Shown here: positions 38,590 through 48,464 of the stretch, in pieces
How the letters are laid out: every line of letters begins with the position of its first letter
Numbering within the stretch: position 1 is the first letter of the stretch
Source of the DNA: Nanobdellota archaeon
Lineage (GTDB): Archaea > Nanobdellota > Nanobdellia > Woesearchaeales > GW2011-AR4
Assembly (NCBI GenBank): GCA_038046385.1
Contig: JBBSWH010000005.1
Coordinates: 1 to 64,000, forward strand
Length of the DNA: 64,000 nt
Direction of reading: 5' to 3'
Notes under the pieces: generated by a model
What the model was told of the DNA's origin: nothing
Databases searched by the model: none
Seen by the model: only the letters and a program-made list of their open reading frames with translations
Translations under genes and position numbers: made by a program

Positions 38590-39357
38590 TTATTTGAGAA
38601 TTCGCTGTATAATATAGTTCATGTATTTTTGACGATGTGAATCTGTAACCCTTGAATCTTGTCCAAATATTGCGCTAAAATCTGCTGCTACAAGATACAT
38701 AAGGAAAATCTTCCCGAACTGATTAGGATTCGCTTCCTTAAGCTGTTTTTTTGACGGGCCTCTTTGATATTCTGATGCAGCCACTGCAAGAAGATGCGGA
38801 TTGTTCAATGCAGAATCTGCATTAAATAATGAATCTGATTTTGTTAGGGGAAGCCTGTTCTGCTCGTCCAGCAAATCCCTGTATGCCATTGCAACATATT
38901 TAACATTTCTTTCCGGATCTGCCAATATTTCTTCAAATTCTCTTCTTCCTCTTTCGAGGCCGGGATGAAACATCTTATCAAGGCCTGCCGCTGTTGCAGC
39001 TTTCACCTGGCCCGGGCCAAGAGAAGGGTTATTCAAATTCAGCATTAATGCAATATTATCTTTCCAGTCTTCATAACGCGGCCTGTCGTGGTTTTGCGCC
39101 ATTATAAGCGCTGCAACTGCCTCTGGAAAAATTCCATAAAGTTTTGAAGATGAAGCAATCTCGTTGCTGTATTTTTTTACAAATGCAAGAGAAATTTGGT
39201 CTCCTTTTAATTCAGAAGAAGCTGTTTGCATCTCTCCCCTATCGAGATATCTTGACAGATTTCTCGAATCTGCAAGTCTCCCATATGAAGCGATTCCAGC
39301 AGAAGCTACAAGAGCGCACAACGATGCAACTTTAGCTTTCTGGTTTAAGCTTGCCAT
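38590..39357 (-). CDS. Exported lysozyme-like / lytic transglycosylase-fold protein
   Basis: N-terminal hydrophobic segment; YGIFPEAVAALIMAQ, SLGPGQV...TA, LADPERNVKYVA (SLT motif I-III pattern). Confidence 0.6.
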   Translation of the reverse strand: MASLNQKAKVASLCALVASAGIASYGRLADSRNLSRYLDRGEMQTASSELKGDQISLAFVKKYSNEIASSSKLYGIFPEAVAALIMAQNHDRPRYEDWKDNIALMLNLNNPSLGPGQVKAATAAGLDKMFHPGLERGRREFEEILADPERNVKYVAMAYRDLLDEQNRLPLTKSDSLFNADSALNNPHLLAVAASEYQRGPSKKQLKEANPNQFGKIFLMYLVAADFSAIFGQDSRVTDSHRQKYMNYIIQRILK

Positions 39358-39382
39358 CTAGGTAAAATAAAATTATTGCGAT

Positions 39383-39535
39383 TTATTCGCAGAAAATCTC
39401 ATCCATTTCGAATCCAGATAAATCTCTCTTGTTGATGAGCTTTGCAAAGTCCTTGTCCTTAAGCTTTTTCCTTGCGCTTCTCATGTTCTCTATCTGGTCC
39501 ATATCCTCGTCCAAAAATAATTCTTCTGATTCCAT
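39383..39535 (-). CDS. Small charged hypothetical protein, 50 aa
   Basis: Manual translation MESEELFLDEDMDQIENMRSARKKLKDKDFAKLINKRDLSGFEMDEIFCE. Confidence 0.6.
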   Translation of the reverse strand: MESEELFLDEDMDQIENMRSARKKLKDKDFAKLINKRDLSGFEMDEIFCE

Positions 39536-39536
39536 T

Positions 39537-39638
39537 TTAGTATGATTGATTGCTATAGCTCTGATTAGGCTGATATTCTATTGCAGGCTTCTCTTGCTTA
39601 GAGTATGCCCCCTCAGCTATTGAACAAGCTAAACACAT
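39537..39638 (-). CDS. 33-aa peptide with N-terminal CxxC
   Basis: MCLACSIAEGAYSKQEKPAIEYQPNQSYSNQSY. G-rich SD upstream. Stop lies 1 nt before the next ATG. Confidence 0.5.
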   Translation of the reverse strand: MCLACSIAEGAYSKQEKPAIEYQPNQSYSNQSY

Positions 39639-39744
39639 TTTAAACCAATCCCCCCTATTATTCGTTACTTAGTAGTGATGTAACTGGTATATAAAGTTTT
39701 CTATCGGTATAGCTAAAATGAATTATTTTCACTATAGAAAAAAA

Positions 39745-40059
39745 CTACTTTACCGGAAACCGTGTATAGTGCTTACAGCCAGAACAATAGTAGATTAGCC
39801 TGCTTTTATGCAGCCTTACCCTACAGTTTACGCTCGGAACAAGGTATTTGTAGCAGTTCTTGCAAACTGTTCTCTTTTGATTTGATGTAAACTTGATTTT
39901 GTACTTCATGGCAATCCTTCTTGCCATGGCTATGTGCTTGTTTGATATGGATGAATCTTTTTTGAAAGAATCCTTTGCCATGCTGAACAAAAGAGAAATT
40001 CGCTTTTTTGCAATCTCTAATTGTTTTGCAGGCTTCTTGTAGTAGCGTTTCTTGGGCAT
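39745..40059 (-). CDS. rnp4: Ribonuclease P protein component 4 (Rpp21)
   Basis: IAKKRI, CKNC...CSGC zinc ribbon. Confidence 0.9.
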   Translation of the reverse strand: MPKKRYYKKPAKQLEIAKKRISLLFSMAKDSFKKDSSISNKHIAMARRIAMKYKIKFTSNQKRTVCKNCYKYLVPSVNCRVRLHKSRLIYYCSGCKHYTRFPVK

Positions 40060-40102
40060 AGAGATAACTTAAGGGAATTGAAATATAAAGTTATCCGAGA
40101 AA

Positions 40103-42157
40103 TCAAACAAACAGCGGAACAAGAACTAATGTTATTGTTGCAAGAAGTTTGATTAAAACGTGCAGTGATGGTCCTGCTGTGTCCTTGAATGGGTCGCCTA
40201 AAGTATCTCCTGTGACTGCTGCCTTGTGAGCGTCAGAGCCTTTTCCGCCGTGGGCGCCTTCTTCAATGTATTTCTTTGCATTGTCCCATGCTCCCCCGCC
40301 TGTGTTGAAAAGCAATGCCATCAAAATTCCTGTGATTGTGGCAACCATCAAATAAGCGGCAACTGCTTCATATCCTAAAAGAACGCCAACAAGTATAGTA
40401 ACAACGACAACAAGCAGTCCCGGAAGAATCATTTCCTTCAAAGAAGCTTTTACGCAAATGTCAACTACTCTTGCATAATCCGGCTTCTGCTTTCCGGTCA
40501 TTATTCCTTTCTTTTCTTTCCATTGCTTTCTTACTTCATTGACAATGCTTCCAGCTGCGTCTCCAACTGCCCTTATTGCAAATGAGCTGAAAAGGAAGAT
40601 TAACATTGCGCCCATCAATGCGCCGACGAAAACTGTGATTTTTGAAATATCGACTGTAACTGTAAATCCTGTGTGCTTTGCAACATCATCAAGATATGCG
40701 CTGAAAAGCAGGAACGCTGCAAGTGCAGCAGATCCGATTGCGTATCCTTTTGTCAATGCTTTTGTTGTGTTTCCGACTGCATCAAGCTTATCTGTTCTTT
40801 TCCTGACTTCAGCAGGGGAGTTTGACATTGATGCTATGCCGCCTGCATTGTCTGTGATTGGGCCAAAATTGTCCATTGCAAGGACGTATGCTGCTGTTGC
40901 AAGCATTCCCATTGTTGCTACAGCTGTTCCATATAATCCGCCTCTTTCGATTCCGCTTAAGAAACCAAGGTGGAATGACAAAAGCAATGCGCCTGACAAA
41001 ACAATAACCGGCAATACTGTTGCTTCCATTGCAACTGCGAATCCGGAGATTATGTTTGTTGCGTGCCCTGTGACAGAAGCCTTTGCAATGCTCCTGACTG
41101 GCCTGTATGTTGATTCAGTATAGTAAATGCTTATCTTCACAATCAGTATGCTTGTTGCAAGCCCAACCAATCCGGCGTAGAAAAACCATGTCCAGCTGTC
41201 GAGGAATATCCATTTTGTTGCGGCATACAATCCAAGTGCAGACAAGACACTCGCAATATAATATCCCCTATTCAGGGCTTTCATTGGATGCTCATTTTCG
41301 TTCTTTAATTTTGTAAACATGACTCCTATAGTGCTTGCAATCAGCCCGAATGCTCCAACTATTAGCGGGAAAACAACTCCGTTGATTCCAAAATAAGGAT
41401 ACAACGCCACTCCGAGAATCATTGCGCCTATGTTTTCTGCTGCAGTGCTCTCGTACAAATCAGCGCCTCTTCCTGCGCAGTCTCCAACATTATCACCAAC
41501 CAAGTCTGCAATGACTGCTGGATTTCTTGGATCGTCTTCCGGGATTCCTTTTTCAACTTTTCCGACAAGATCAGCTCCGACATCGGCAGCCTTTGTGTAA
41601 ATTCCGCCGCCCAATTGTGCAAATAAAGCTACAAAAGATGCTCCAAATGCGTAACCTACGATTAAGAAAGGAACTTCAGTTGGCTTTAATCCTGCGCTGA
41701 ACCAGTTGAAAACGAGAGAAACTCCAAGCAATGACAAAGCTACTACAACAATTCCAGTTATGGCGCCTGACCTTAATGCAACAACAAAAGCCTCGTTAAG
41801 GCTTCTTCCTGCAGCGCTTGCTGTTCTGACATTGGCTCTTATTGATATCCACATGCCAAAGATGCCTGCAAATGCTGATGTTGATGCCCCGATTAAAAAT
41901 GAAGCAGATGTTTTCCAACCCATATCTGTCTTGCCAAAGGCAGCATATGCAATATATATTAATACAGAAAGAACTATTGCGAGGACTGCGATTGTGGTAT
42001 ACTGCCTTTTGACGAATGCTTCTGCTCCTGTCCTGATTGCATTAGAAACGGCCTGCATTTCCTCTGTTCCGGAGTCTTTATTCAGGATCTGCCTTGTAAG
42101 CCAGGCAGCGAAAATCAGCGCCAGAATGCTTATTGAAATAACTAAACCCAAAACCAT
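40103..42157 (-). CDS. hppA: Membrane proton-pumping pyrophosphatase, K+-independent type
   Basis: DVGADLVGKVE, EDDPRNPA, GNTTKA (Lys marks K+-independence), GDTLGDPFKD. Start at 42157 follows a TATA at ~42185. Confidence 0.93.
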   Translation of the reverse strand: MVLGLVISISILALIFAAWLTRQILNKDSGTEEMQAVSNAIRTGAEAFVKRQYTTIAVLAIVLSVLIYIAYAAFGKTDMGWKTSASFLIGASTSAFAGIFGMWISIRANVRTASAAGRSLNEAFVVALRSGAITGIVVVALSLLGVSLVFNWFSAGLKPTEVPFLIVGYAFGASFVALFAQLGGGIYTKAADVGADLVGKVEKGIPEDDPRNPAVIADLVGDNVGDCAGRGADLYESTAAENIGAMILGVALYPYFGINGVVFPLIVGAFGLIASTIGVMFTKLKNENEHPMKALNRGYYIASVLSALGLYAATKWIFLDSWTWFFYAGLVGLATSILIVKISIYYTESTYRPVRSIAKASVTGHATNIISGFAVAMEATVLPVIVLSGALLLSFHLGFLSGIERGGLYGTAVATMGMLATAAYVLAMDNFGPITDNAGGIASMSNSPAEVRKRTDKLDAVGNTTKALTKGYAIGSAALAAFLLFSAYLDDVAKHTGFTVTVDISKITVFVGALMGAMLIFLFSSFAIRAVGDAAGSIVNEVRKQWKEKKGIMTGKQKPDYARVVDICVKASLKEMILPGLLVVVVTILVGVLLGYEAVAAYLMVATITGILMALLFNTGGGAWDNAKKYIEEGAHGGKGSDAHKAAVTGDTLGDPFKDTAGPSLHVLIKLLATITLVLVPLFV

Positions 42158-42213
42158 ATTAGAACAATGAAATAGGGAGATATTTATAAAGTTTATTGAA
42201 AATGTCATATAAT

Positions 42214-42450
42214 ATTGCAACGACTGCCGCACGCCACCACATCGGCGGCTGTCGTCGCTTTCGCTCCTCGTCGGACAGACCGTAGGGCGCGTCCCCAGTC
42301 CGACCAGCGCCGACGTGGCGTGCGGCGAGCCGAGGGATGCAAATTGAGCAAAGCTCAATTACACACTTGAAGCTTCGCTTCAAGTCGTGGCTCCTACGGA
42401 GTGGCGAGCAGGTTGCTAGGCAACCGTCGCACTGCCATTGTCGGCGCATA
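42214..42450. repeat. GC-rich multi-hairpin intergenic element (copy B)
   Basis: 12-bp stem GCCGCACGCCAC/GTGGCGTGCGGC (42226-42237/42315-42326), shared 54-nt core 42334-42387, hairpins CTCC-TAC-GGAG and GGTTGC-TAG-GCAACC. Confidence 0.8.
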
Positions 42451-42489
42451 GTATTTTAACAAATTCGGTTTACACAAAATGGAATTAAG

Positions 42490-43326
42490 ATGATAATAAC
42501 TCATAATGAAGCAAGGCAGCTTTTGGGCGCAAAGAAAGCCGGATTAAAAACGCTTGATGTATCTCTTGACCTCGGCAAAACAAAAGCAAAAGTAACCATA
42601 GATGGGGATTATTTTGCCTTTCCGGATGGGCAGAAAGTTGATGAAGAGCAGCTGAAAAAAACGCTTAAGAAAGATGCGGTCTGCTTTATTGTAAAGGATA
42701 ATTCTGTTTTGAAGGCGCAGCTTTTCTCTGATGATACAAACAAGTTCTACAAGCTCGTGCCAACATCAGATGCACCCACAGTTGAAATATCCGGCATAAG
42801 GATGCATGTGACAAAAAGCATGACTCCAATGCAGGATACTGAGAAAAAGCTCGAGAGCATAATGCCTGTGAAAGGTTTTGTGCTTGATACGTGCATGGGA
42901 CTAGGATATACGGCGATAATGGCATCAAAAAGCGCTGAATTTGTTTTTACCTGTGAAAGAGATGCTAATATAATAGAGGTTGCGATGCACAACCCATGGT
43001 CAAAAGAGCTGTTTGATAACAAAAAAATAAGTATAATCAATACAAGCGTATTTGAACAAATTAAGTTGTTTAAGAGTGGTATGTTTGATATTGTAATCCA
43101 TGATCCTCCAAGGCTGACGCTTGCAACAGAACTTTACTCGCTTGATTTCTATAAAGAGGTTTTCAGAGTCTTAAAAGAAAAAGGAAAACTGTATCATTAC
43201 ACAGGCAATCCCGGCGGAAAAAACAGGAATATTGACCTTGCTGCAAATGTAATGCTAAGGTTAAGAAAAGCTGGTTTTAGTAATATTAAGAAAGCTCATT
43301 TTGGTGTTGTTGCGTCGAAAAAATAG
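42490..43326 (+). CDS. SAM-dependent methyltransferase (COG2521-like)
   Basis: PTVEISGIRMH, VLDTCMGLGYTA, HDPPR. Confidence 0.88.
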   Translation: MIITHNEARQLLGAKKAGLKTLDVSLDLGKTKAKVTIDGDYFAFPDGQKVDEEQLKKTLKKDAVCFIVKDNSVLKAQLFSDDTNKFYKLVPTSDAPTVEISGIRMHVTKSMTPMQDTEKKLESIMPVKGFVLDTCMGLGYTAIMASKSAEFVFTCERDANIIEVAMHNPWSKELFDNKKISIINTSVFEQIKLFKSGMFDIVIHDPPRLTLATELYSLDFYKEVFRVLKEKGKLYHYTGNPGGKNRNIDLAANVMLRLRKAGFSNIKKAHFGVVASKK

Positions 43327-43364
43327 CTTAAGTTTTATATATAAAACATGTTTCTAATACTAAT

Positions 43365-44465
43365 ATGGCACTAAACGAATCTGAAAGGTTTCATCTGAAA
43401 AAGTTCATCAAGGAGCTTGAAAAGTTTAGAGGGCGCCATACAGAATTGGTAAGTGTTTATATTCCCCAGGATTATGATATCAACAAGATAATCAACCATC
43501 TTGCGCAGGAGCAGGGGACTGCGTCAAACATCAAATCTTCCGGAACAAGGAAGAATGTTACAGATGCGCTTGAAAGGATGATACAGCACCTTAAGCTTTT
43601 CAAAAGAACTCCGACAAACGGGCTTGTTGTATTTTCCGGAAATGTTGCAGAAAGAGAGGGAGCGCAGGATTTTAAAGTTTGGAGCCTTGAGCCGCCTGTT
43701 CCATTAAAAACAAGAATTTACAGGTGCGACAAAGAGTTCCAGCTGGATATTGTAAGAGACATGCTGGATGTGAAGGAAGTTTACGGGCTTGTTGTTATGG
43801 ACAGAAGGGATGCAAATATTGCTTTGTTAAAAGGAAAAAGCATAATTCCACTTGTAAAGACGCATTCAGAAGTTCCCGGCAAGTTTAAAGCAGGAGGGCA
43901 ATCTGCAATGAGGTTTTCGCGTTTGATAGAAGGCGCTGCAAAGGATCATTACAAAAAAGTTGCTGAATATATGAAAGAAGCGTTTCTTACCATGGAAGGG
44001 CTGAAAGGGATTATAGTTGGCGGCCCTGGGCCTACAAAATATGACCTTGTGGAAGGGAATTTTATCACTAACGAAGTCAAGAAAAAAATAATAGGCATCA
44101 AAGACTTAAGCTATACTGGCGAGTTTGGACTTGAAGAACTGCTGGAGAAAAGCCAGGATTTGCTGGCTGCAGAAGAAGTGACTGATGAAAAAAAGATTGT
44201 TGGAAGGTTTCTTGAAATGCTGGCCACAAAGCAGAAGATGGTTGCCTATGGAGAAGCAGATGTCATGTCAAAACTGCAGATGGGGACTGTTGACATAATG
44301 CTTTTGTCAGAAGACTTAAGCGATGAGAAAATTGAGGAATTTGAGAATACTGCCAAGCCGGTTGGAACAATTGTGAAGATTATATCAACGCAGACAAGGG
44401 AAGGCGTTCAATTGCGTGATTTGGGGAAAGTGGCTGCTATATTAAGGTATGAAGTTCATACGTAA
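43365..44465 (+). CDS. prf1: Peptide chain release factor aRF1
   Basis: NIKS, YRCD, GGQS. Confidence 0.96.
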   Translation: MALNESERFHLKKFIKELEKFRGRHTELVSVYIPQDYDINKIINHLAQEQGTASNIKSSGTRKNVTDALERMIQHLKLFKRTPTNGLVVFSGNVAEREGAQDFKVWSLEPPVPLKTRIYRCDKEFQLDIVRDMLDVKEVYGLVVMDRRDANIALLKGKSIIPLVKTHSEVPGKFKAGGQSAMRFSRLIEGAAKDHYKKVAEYMKEAFLTMEGLKGIIVGGPGPTKYDLVEGNFITNEVKKKIIGIKDLSYTGEFGLEELLEKSQDLLAAEEVTDEKKIVGRFLEMLATKQKMVAYGEADVMSKLQMGTVDIMLLSEDLSDEKIEEFENTAKPVGTIVKIISTQTREGVQLRDLGKVAAILRYEVHT

Positions 44466-44549
44466 GATATAATTTATTTTTTATGTTAAAAAAATAATCT
44501 GTTATGAAAGTAGGAAATTTTATATATTATTAACTACATTTAAGCTTTT

Positions 44550-46796
44550 ATGGGGGTAATTATAAGTAGAAATATTGTATTTATTATCCTATCATTACTA
44601 ATTGTTCCTATATCTTTAGGGATAGTATCTGATTCTCTGCCAATAGGTACGACAAAAGGTTATACTATAGGTCAAGATCATTTTGAAATTAATTGTTATA
44701 ATGGAAATCCAGATTCGCAAATCGCAGATTACAAAATCAATGGTGATTTGCATGGACTACTGCAAGGTTGGACATGGAATTTACCAAATGGGTACACGAT
44801 AAGAAATCTTGGTTTTAGCGGCGGCTCATGTAAATTTTCATTAGGATTAGCCTCTGATCCAGCAATGTGTAATGAGTGTGTTAATCAAAATGAAAAATGG
44901 TGCAAAGGAACGGATTTAATTCAAAGTTGTCAGCCAGTAGGAATTGATAACTGCTTAAAAATTGTTAATTATGAGGGTTGTGATAGTCCTTCTATTTGTT
45001 CAAATGGGCAATGTGCTTTACCTTCAGGATGTTCGAATAATAATCCACCATGCGGCTCTGGATATCAGTGCGTTAATAACCAATGTGTGAAACAATGCAA
45101 TGAGGGGAATATATGCGAAGGAAATTATGTGTACTCTCAAAAAGCAGATTGTAGCAAGCAACAAATAAAATTTTGTCAGTGGGGATGCAACAATTTTGGA
45201 GATTGCTCAGGAGCTCCGCCAGGTTGCACATATAATAATCCTTCTTGCCCTTCTAATTATAACTGTGTGAATAACCAATGTGTTCAAAAAACTCAGACAG
45301 GATGCTCTTATAATAATCCGCTATGTACAACTGGGTACACTTGTTCGAATAATCAGTGCATAAAAAATCAACCTTTAGGGTGTGCTTACCACAATTCAGA
45401 TTGTACTTCTGGTTATGATTGTGTCAATAATGCTTGTATTAAAAAACAACAAGTTATAACTTGTCAACAAGGCTGGAAGTGTAAAGATAACAACAATAAA
45501 GTCTATCAATATTCTGATTGTAGCTTTTCTAGTTCTAATTATTGTAGTTATGGATGTGAGAGTGGTAATTGTAAAATTTGCCAACCAAACTGGAATTGTG
45601 GAGGATGGAATGCTTGTGTAAATAACCAACAAACTAGATTATGTACTGATAACAACAATTGTGGCGATTTTACATCTAAGCCAATTGAATCTCAATCTTG
45701 CAGAAGTGTAGAAACAGAAGTACAATCAATTTCTGAAACTAAAGATTTTGTGAGTGATGGATATCCAATTATATTTGTGCATGGCATTAATTTGAATCAA
45801 AAGGTATACAACGGAACTATATGCGATGGAAATCTAAGGAAAGATTCTTTATTGGATTTTAAAGAAATGCAAAAGAAGTTAGAGGACGATGGACTTTATG
45901 TAAATGCTGGAGAGATTGGTAATGAATTTACAAGTTGTCCAAGTAATTGGCAAAATAATAAGCCCATATCAGTTAGGATGTCATATTACACTAACTGCAT
46001 AGAAGATACCGTTTATTGGGGTGACTATGCTAACAGATTAGGTAAGGTTATTGATGAAGTTAGGAGTTGCACTAAAAGTCAAAAAGTAAATATTATCTCC
46101 CATAGTCTAGGAGGCATAGTCACAAGGTATTATATTAAATATGTACCAAACCATGCCTCTGACGAAATCAATAAAGTTATAATGTTAGGTACTCCAAATC
46201 ACGGCATATCTCCAGCACTTACAGGTTTGTCATTAAACACTTGTTGGTATAAGAATGATAATGACTCGTTTTTATTCTGCCCACTCGGTCAAGTAGATAT
46301 GTTTCCTAATAATCCTAAAGGTGTCTTGAATGATCTTAACATACAAGAAACTTATCCACCAATCAGATATTATACTATTGGAACTACCCAATGGGATGGG
46401 TTAGTAACAATTAATAGTGTGTCTCTTAAAGGAGCCAACAAAAACTTTGTAGTGGATACGGGATGTGACCATTCAGGTTTAAGAGTTCCAGATAGATGCA
46501 AGCAAGCATACAATTTTGTGTTAGAAGCATTAAAATCTTCCACAACTTCTACTGAAACAAAAACACAACAGCAATTAAACCAACAACCAAATACACTTCA
46601 ATCTCAACCTGGGATTACACAACAATCTCAAACACAACAAAACACTAGAACAGACAAACCAAATCCTCAAAGCAAACCAACAAATGAAAAACCAAAAGAA
46701 ACTCAATCTGAGCCTCAAAAACAAGAACAAAAAAGAGAAGAGCCTAAAACTGTAGCTTCATCAATAAAATCTTGGTTTAGTAAGTGGTTTGGATAA
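44550..46796 (+). CDS. Secreted Cys-repeat protein with alpha/beta-hydrolase (lipase-like) domain
   Basis: Signal peptide; 4 repeats of GCx(Y/N)(N/H)Nxx-C-xxxY-x-C-(V/S)NNxC; IFVHG, SHSLGG, DGLV, DHS; Q/K/E-rich tail. Confidence 0.85.
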   Translation: MGVIISRNIVFIILSLLIVPISLGIVSDSLPIGTTKGYTIGQDHFEINCYNGNPDSQIADYKINGDLHGLLQGWTWNLPNGYTIRNLGFSGGSCKFSLGLASDPAMCNECVNQNEKWCKGTDLIQSCQPVGIDNCLKIVNYEGCDSPSICSNGQCALPSGCSNNNPPCGSGYQCVNNQCVKQCNEGNICEGNYVYSQKADCSKQQIKFCQWGCNNFGDCSGAPPGCTYNNPSCPSNYNCVNNQCVQKTQTGCSYNNPLCTTGYTCSNNQCIKNQPLGCAYHNSDCTSGYDCVNNACIKKQQVITCQQGWKCKDNNNKVYQYSDCSFSSSNYCSYGCESGNCKICQPNWNCGGWNACVNNQQTRLCTDNNNCGDFTSKPIESQSCRSVETEVQSISETKDFVSDGYPIIFVHGINLNQKVYNGTICDGNLRKDSLLDFKEMQKKLEDDGLYVNAGEIGNEFTSCPSNWQNNKPISVRMSYYTNCIEDTVYWGDYANRLGKVIDEVRSCTKSQKVNIISHSLGGIVTRYYIKYVPNHASDEINKVIMLGTPNHGISPALTGLSLNTCWYKNDNDSFLFCPLGQVDMFPNNPKGVLNDLNIQETYPPIRYYTIGTTQWDGLVTINSVSLKGANKNFVVDTGCDHSGLRVPDRCKQAYNFVLEALKSSTTSTETKTQQQLNQQPNTLQSQPGITQQSQTQQNTRTDKPNPQSKPTNEKPKETQSEPQKQEQKREEPKTVASSIKSWFSKWFG

Positions 46797-46883
46797 CAAG
46801 ATAGTTATAATTGGAGATAAAAATCTACTTGTTTTACTTTTAAAACCACAACCTTTTTTAAGCTTACTTAACCTATTTTCTCC

Positions 46884-47546
46884 ATGTCATCGCTTGTTGA
46901 AGAGGCATACGAAGAGTTGTATCCTGATAAAAAGAGCAGTTACAATTTCTTTTTGGAATATTCTGGAAAATTCAAGGCTTACAACGCAAATGTCAGAAGG
47001 CATGGCTATAATATTACATTTAACTTAAGCAAAGAGTGGAGAAAGATAAGCAGAGACATACAGATTGGATTAGTGCAGGAGTTGATGCTTAAGATAATCA
47101 AGGACAAGAAGAAAAAAACAATGAACATGGAATTATATAATCTTTTTCTCAAGAATGTGCATGTTGCAATACCTAAGACAAAAAGCGATCCTTTGCTGGA
47201 AGAATCTTTTAATCGGGTGAATGATGCTTACTTTAACGGCATGATGGATATTCCAAATCTGGAATGGGGCAATGATTCAACAAGCAAACTTGGAAGTTAT
47301 CATTATGGATCTGACCTGATAACAATAAGCACGATTTTTCAGGAATCAAAACAAAATTTATTAGATTACATAATGTACCACGAGATGCTGCACAAGAAGT
47401 TCAAGTTTGAAAGCAAGAACGGAAGAAGTTTGCATCACAGCCCCGAGTTCAAAAAAATGGAAGCAAAGTTTGAAAATAGTGATTTGGTGGAGAAGGAAGT
47501 TTCGAAGCTTGCTAGGAAGCATAGGTTCGGGTTTTTTGGGTTTTGA
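46884..47546 (+). CDS. SprT-like zinc metalloprotease
   Basis: FNRVNDAYF, LGSY, YHEMLH, HSPEF. Confidence 0.85.
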   Translation: MSSLVEEAYEELYPDKKSSYNFFLEYSGKFKAYNANVRRHGYNITFNLSKEWRKISRDIQIGLVQELMLKIIKDKKKKTMNMELYNLFLKNVHVAIPKTKSDPLLEESFNRVNDAYFNGMMDIPNLEWGNDSTSKLGSYHYGSDLITISTIFQESKQNLLDYIMYHEMLHKKFKFESKNGRSLHHSPEFKKMEAKFENSDLVEKEVSKLARKHRFGFFGF

Positions 47547-48395
47547 TTAACTGTGTGATGCTCTTGCGACCCAAGCTGATAATTTATCTTTTAAATAACC
47601 AATTGGTTTTTTTGTGTCTTGCTGATCAATTCCTGCTAATCTTGAAAAATCTGAGCTCCGTACAGAGGACAAAGGAAGAATTTGGGATGTTTTTCCATCT
47701 TTAAATTGAATAGTGACTGCCAGTTTATCTTCTAATTTAGTTTCAGCTTCATTATAAGAAAAACCTATAGTGCTGCCCTGGTAAGTAATTATGGTTTGGG
47801 GAGGGATAGGCCGAACATGAATTGTGTTTGACCCCCTAAAGTTTAGATAGCCATCTGCGCTTCCCACAAATCCCATTGGACAATGCAGCGCCATTGCCGT
47901 GTTTGGATAGATACACACCGTTATCCCCCTTTTCAGATCATGTTCAAAACCAAAAGCCCCTATACTATCGACGATTTCTGCCAAGTCTGCCGGATCTGTG
48001 CTAATAGCTTTTGGTTCTACTTTAATTTTTCCAAATGTCTCTTCAAACGAAAAATATCCACAGCTCATGTTCCGGTATAAATTATAAAAATTCATTCTTT
48101 CCATTTTGCTGAATTGCGGGAATAAATTCCTTATAAGTGCCTCAAAAGCTGGAGAGAATAGACTATCCATAAAGGGGTTGAGCTCTTCAATACTGCATAG
48201 TTCATTTGCAGGGGCAATGTTAAAATTCCATCGCTCCGCAAAATAGTCACGGCATACCTCAGCTACAAGCATTGGATCTCCATGAGTTTTCCTGATTTTT
48301 TTTAATCGGTCTCTCAGAGTAAATCTCTGGGCGGAGGCCAAAACTACATTAGGATTCGATTCTAAGGATTTTTCCAAGGCAGTTGCTAGTTCCAT
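47547..48395 (-). CDS. Hypothetical protein
   Basis: 282-aa ORF, TATA-like TTTATGTA upstream, no recognised motif. Confidence 0.7.
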   Translation of the reverse strand: MELATALEKSLESNPNVVLASAQRFTLRDRLKKIRKTHGDPMLVAEVCRDYFAERWNFNIAPANELCSIEELNPFMDSLFSPAFEALIRNLFPQFSKMERMNFYNLYRNMSCGYFSFEETFGKIKVEPKAISTDPADLAEIVDSIGAFGFEHDLKRGITVCIYPNTAMALHCPMGFVGSADGYLNFRGSNTIHVRPIPPQTIITYQGSTIGFSYNEAETKLEDKLAVTIQFKDGKTSQILPLSSVRSSDFSRLAGIDQQDTKKPIGYLKDKLSAWVARASHS

Positions 48396-48440
48396 TTTGC
48401 TTAATCTTCAGTAAAGCCCGAGGGTTACATAAATTTTTAC

Positions 48441-48454
48441 CCGAACTTGTTCGG
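48441..48454. promoter_or_regulatory. Palindrome, candidate site for the adjacent HTH-10 regulator
   Basis: CCGAAC-TT-GTTCGG immediately upstream of the BRE/TATA of the 47547-48395 gene. Confidence 0.4.
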
Positions 48455-48464
48455 TATTATAGAA

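Noticed and set aside
42158-42449. 67-aa N-terminal extension of HppA and the 96-aa ORF 42159-42449
   Set aside because: They are open only because the GC-rich palindromic element lacks stops. A TATA box supports the ATG at 42157.
42214-42450. RNase P RNA or SRP RNA (GC-rich, and Rpp21 is nearby)
   Set aside because: No GAGGAAAGTCC/P4 signature or SRP helix-8 motif found on either strand, and part of it is repeated at 23.3 kb.
45028-45440. DNA-level tandem repeat or diversity-generating retroelement template in the Cys-rich gene
   Set aside because: The repeats are degenerate protein repeats. No reverse transcriptase or adenine-specific TR/VR pair is seen.
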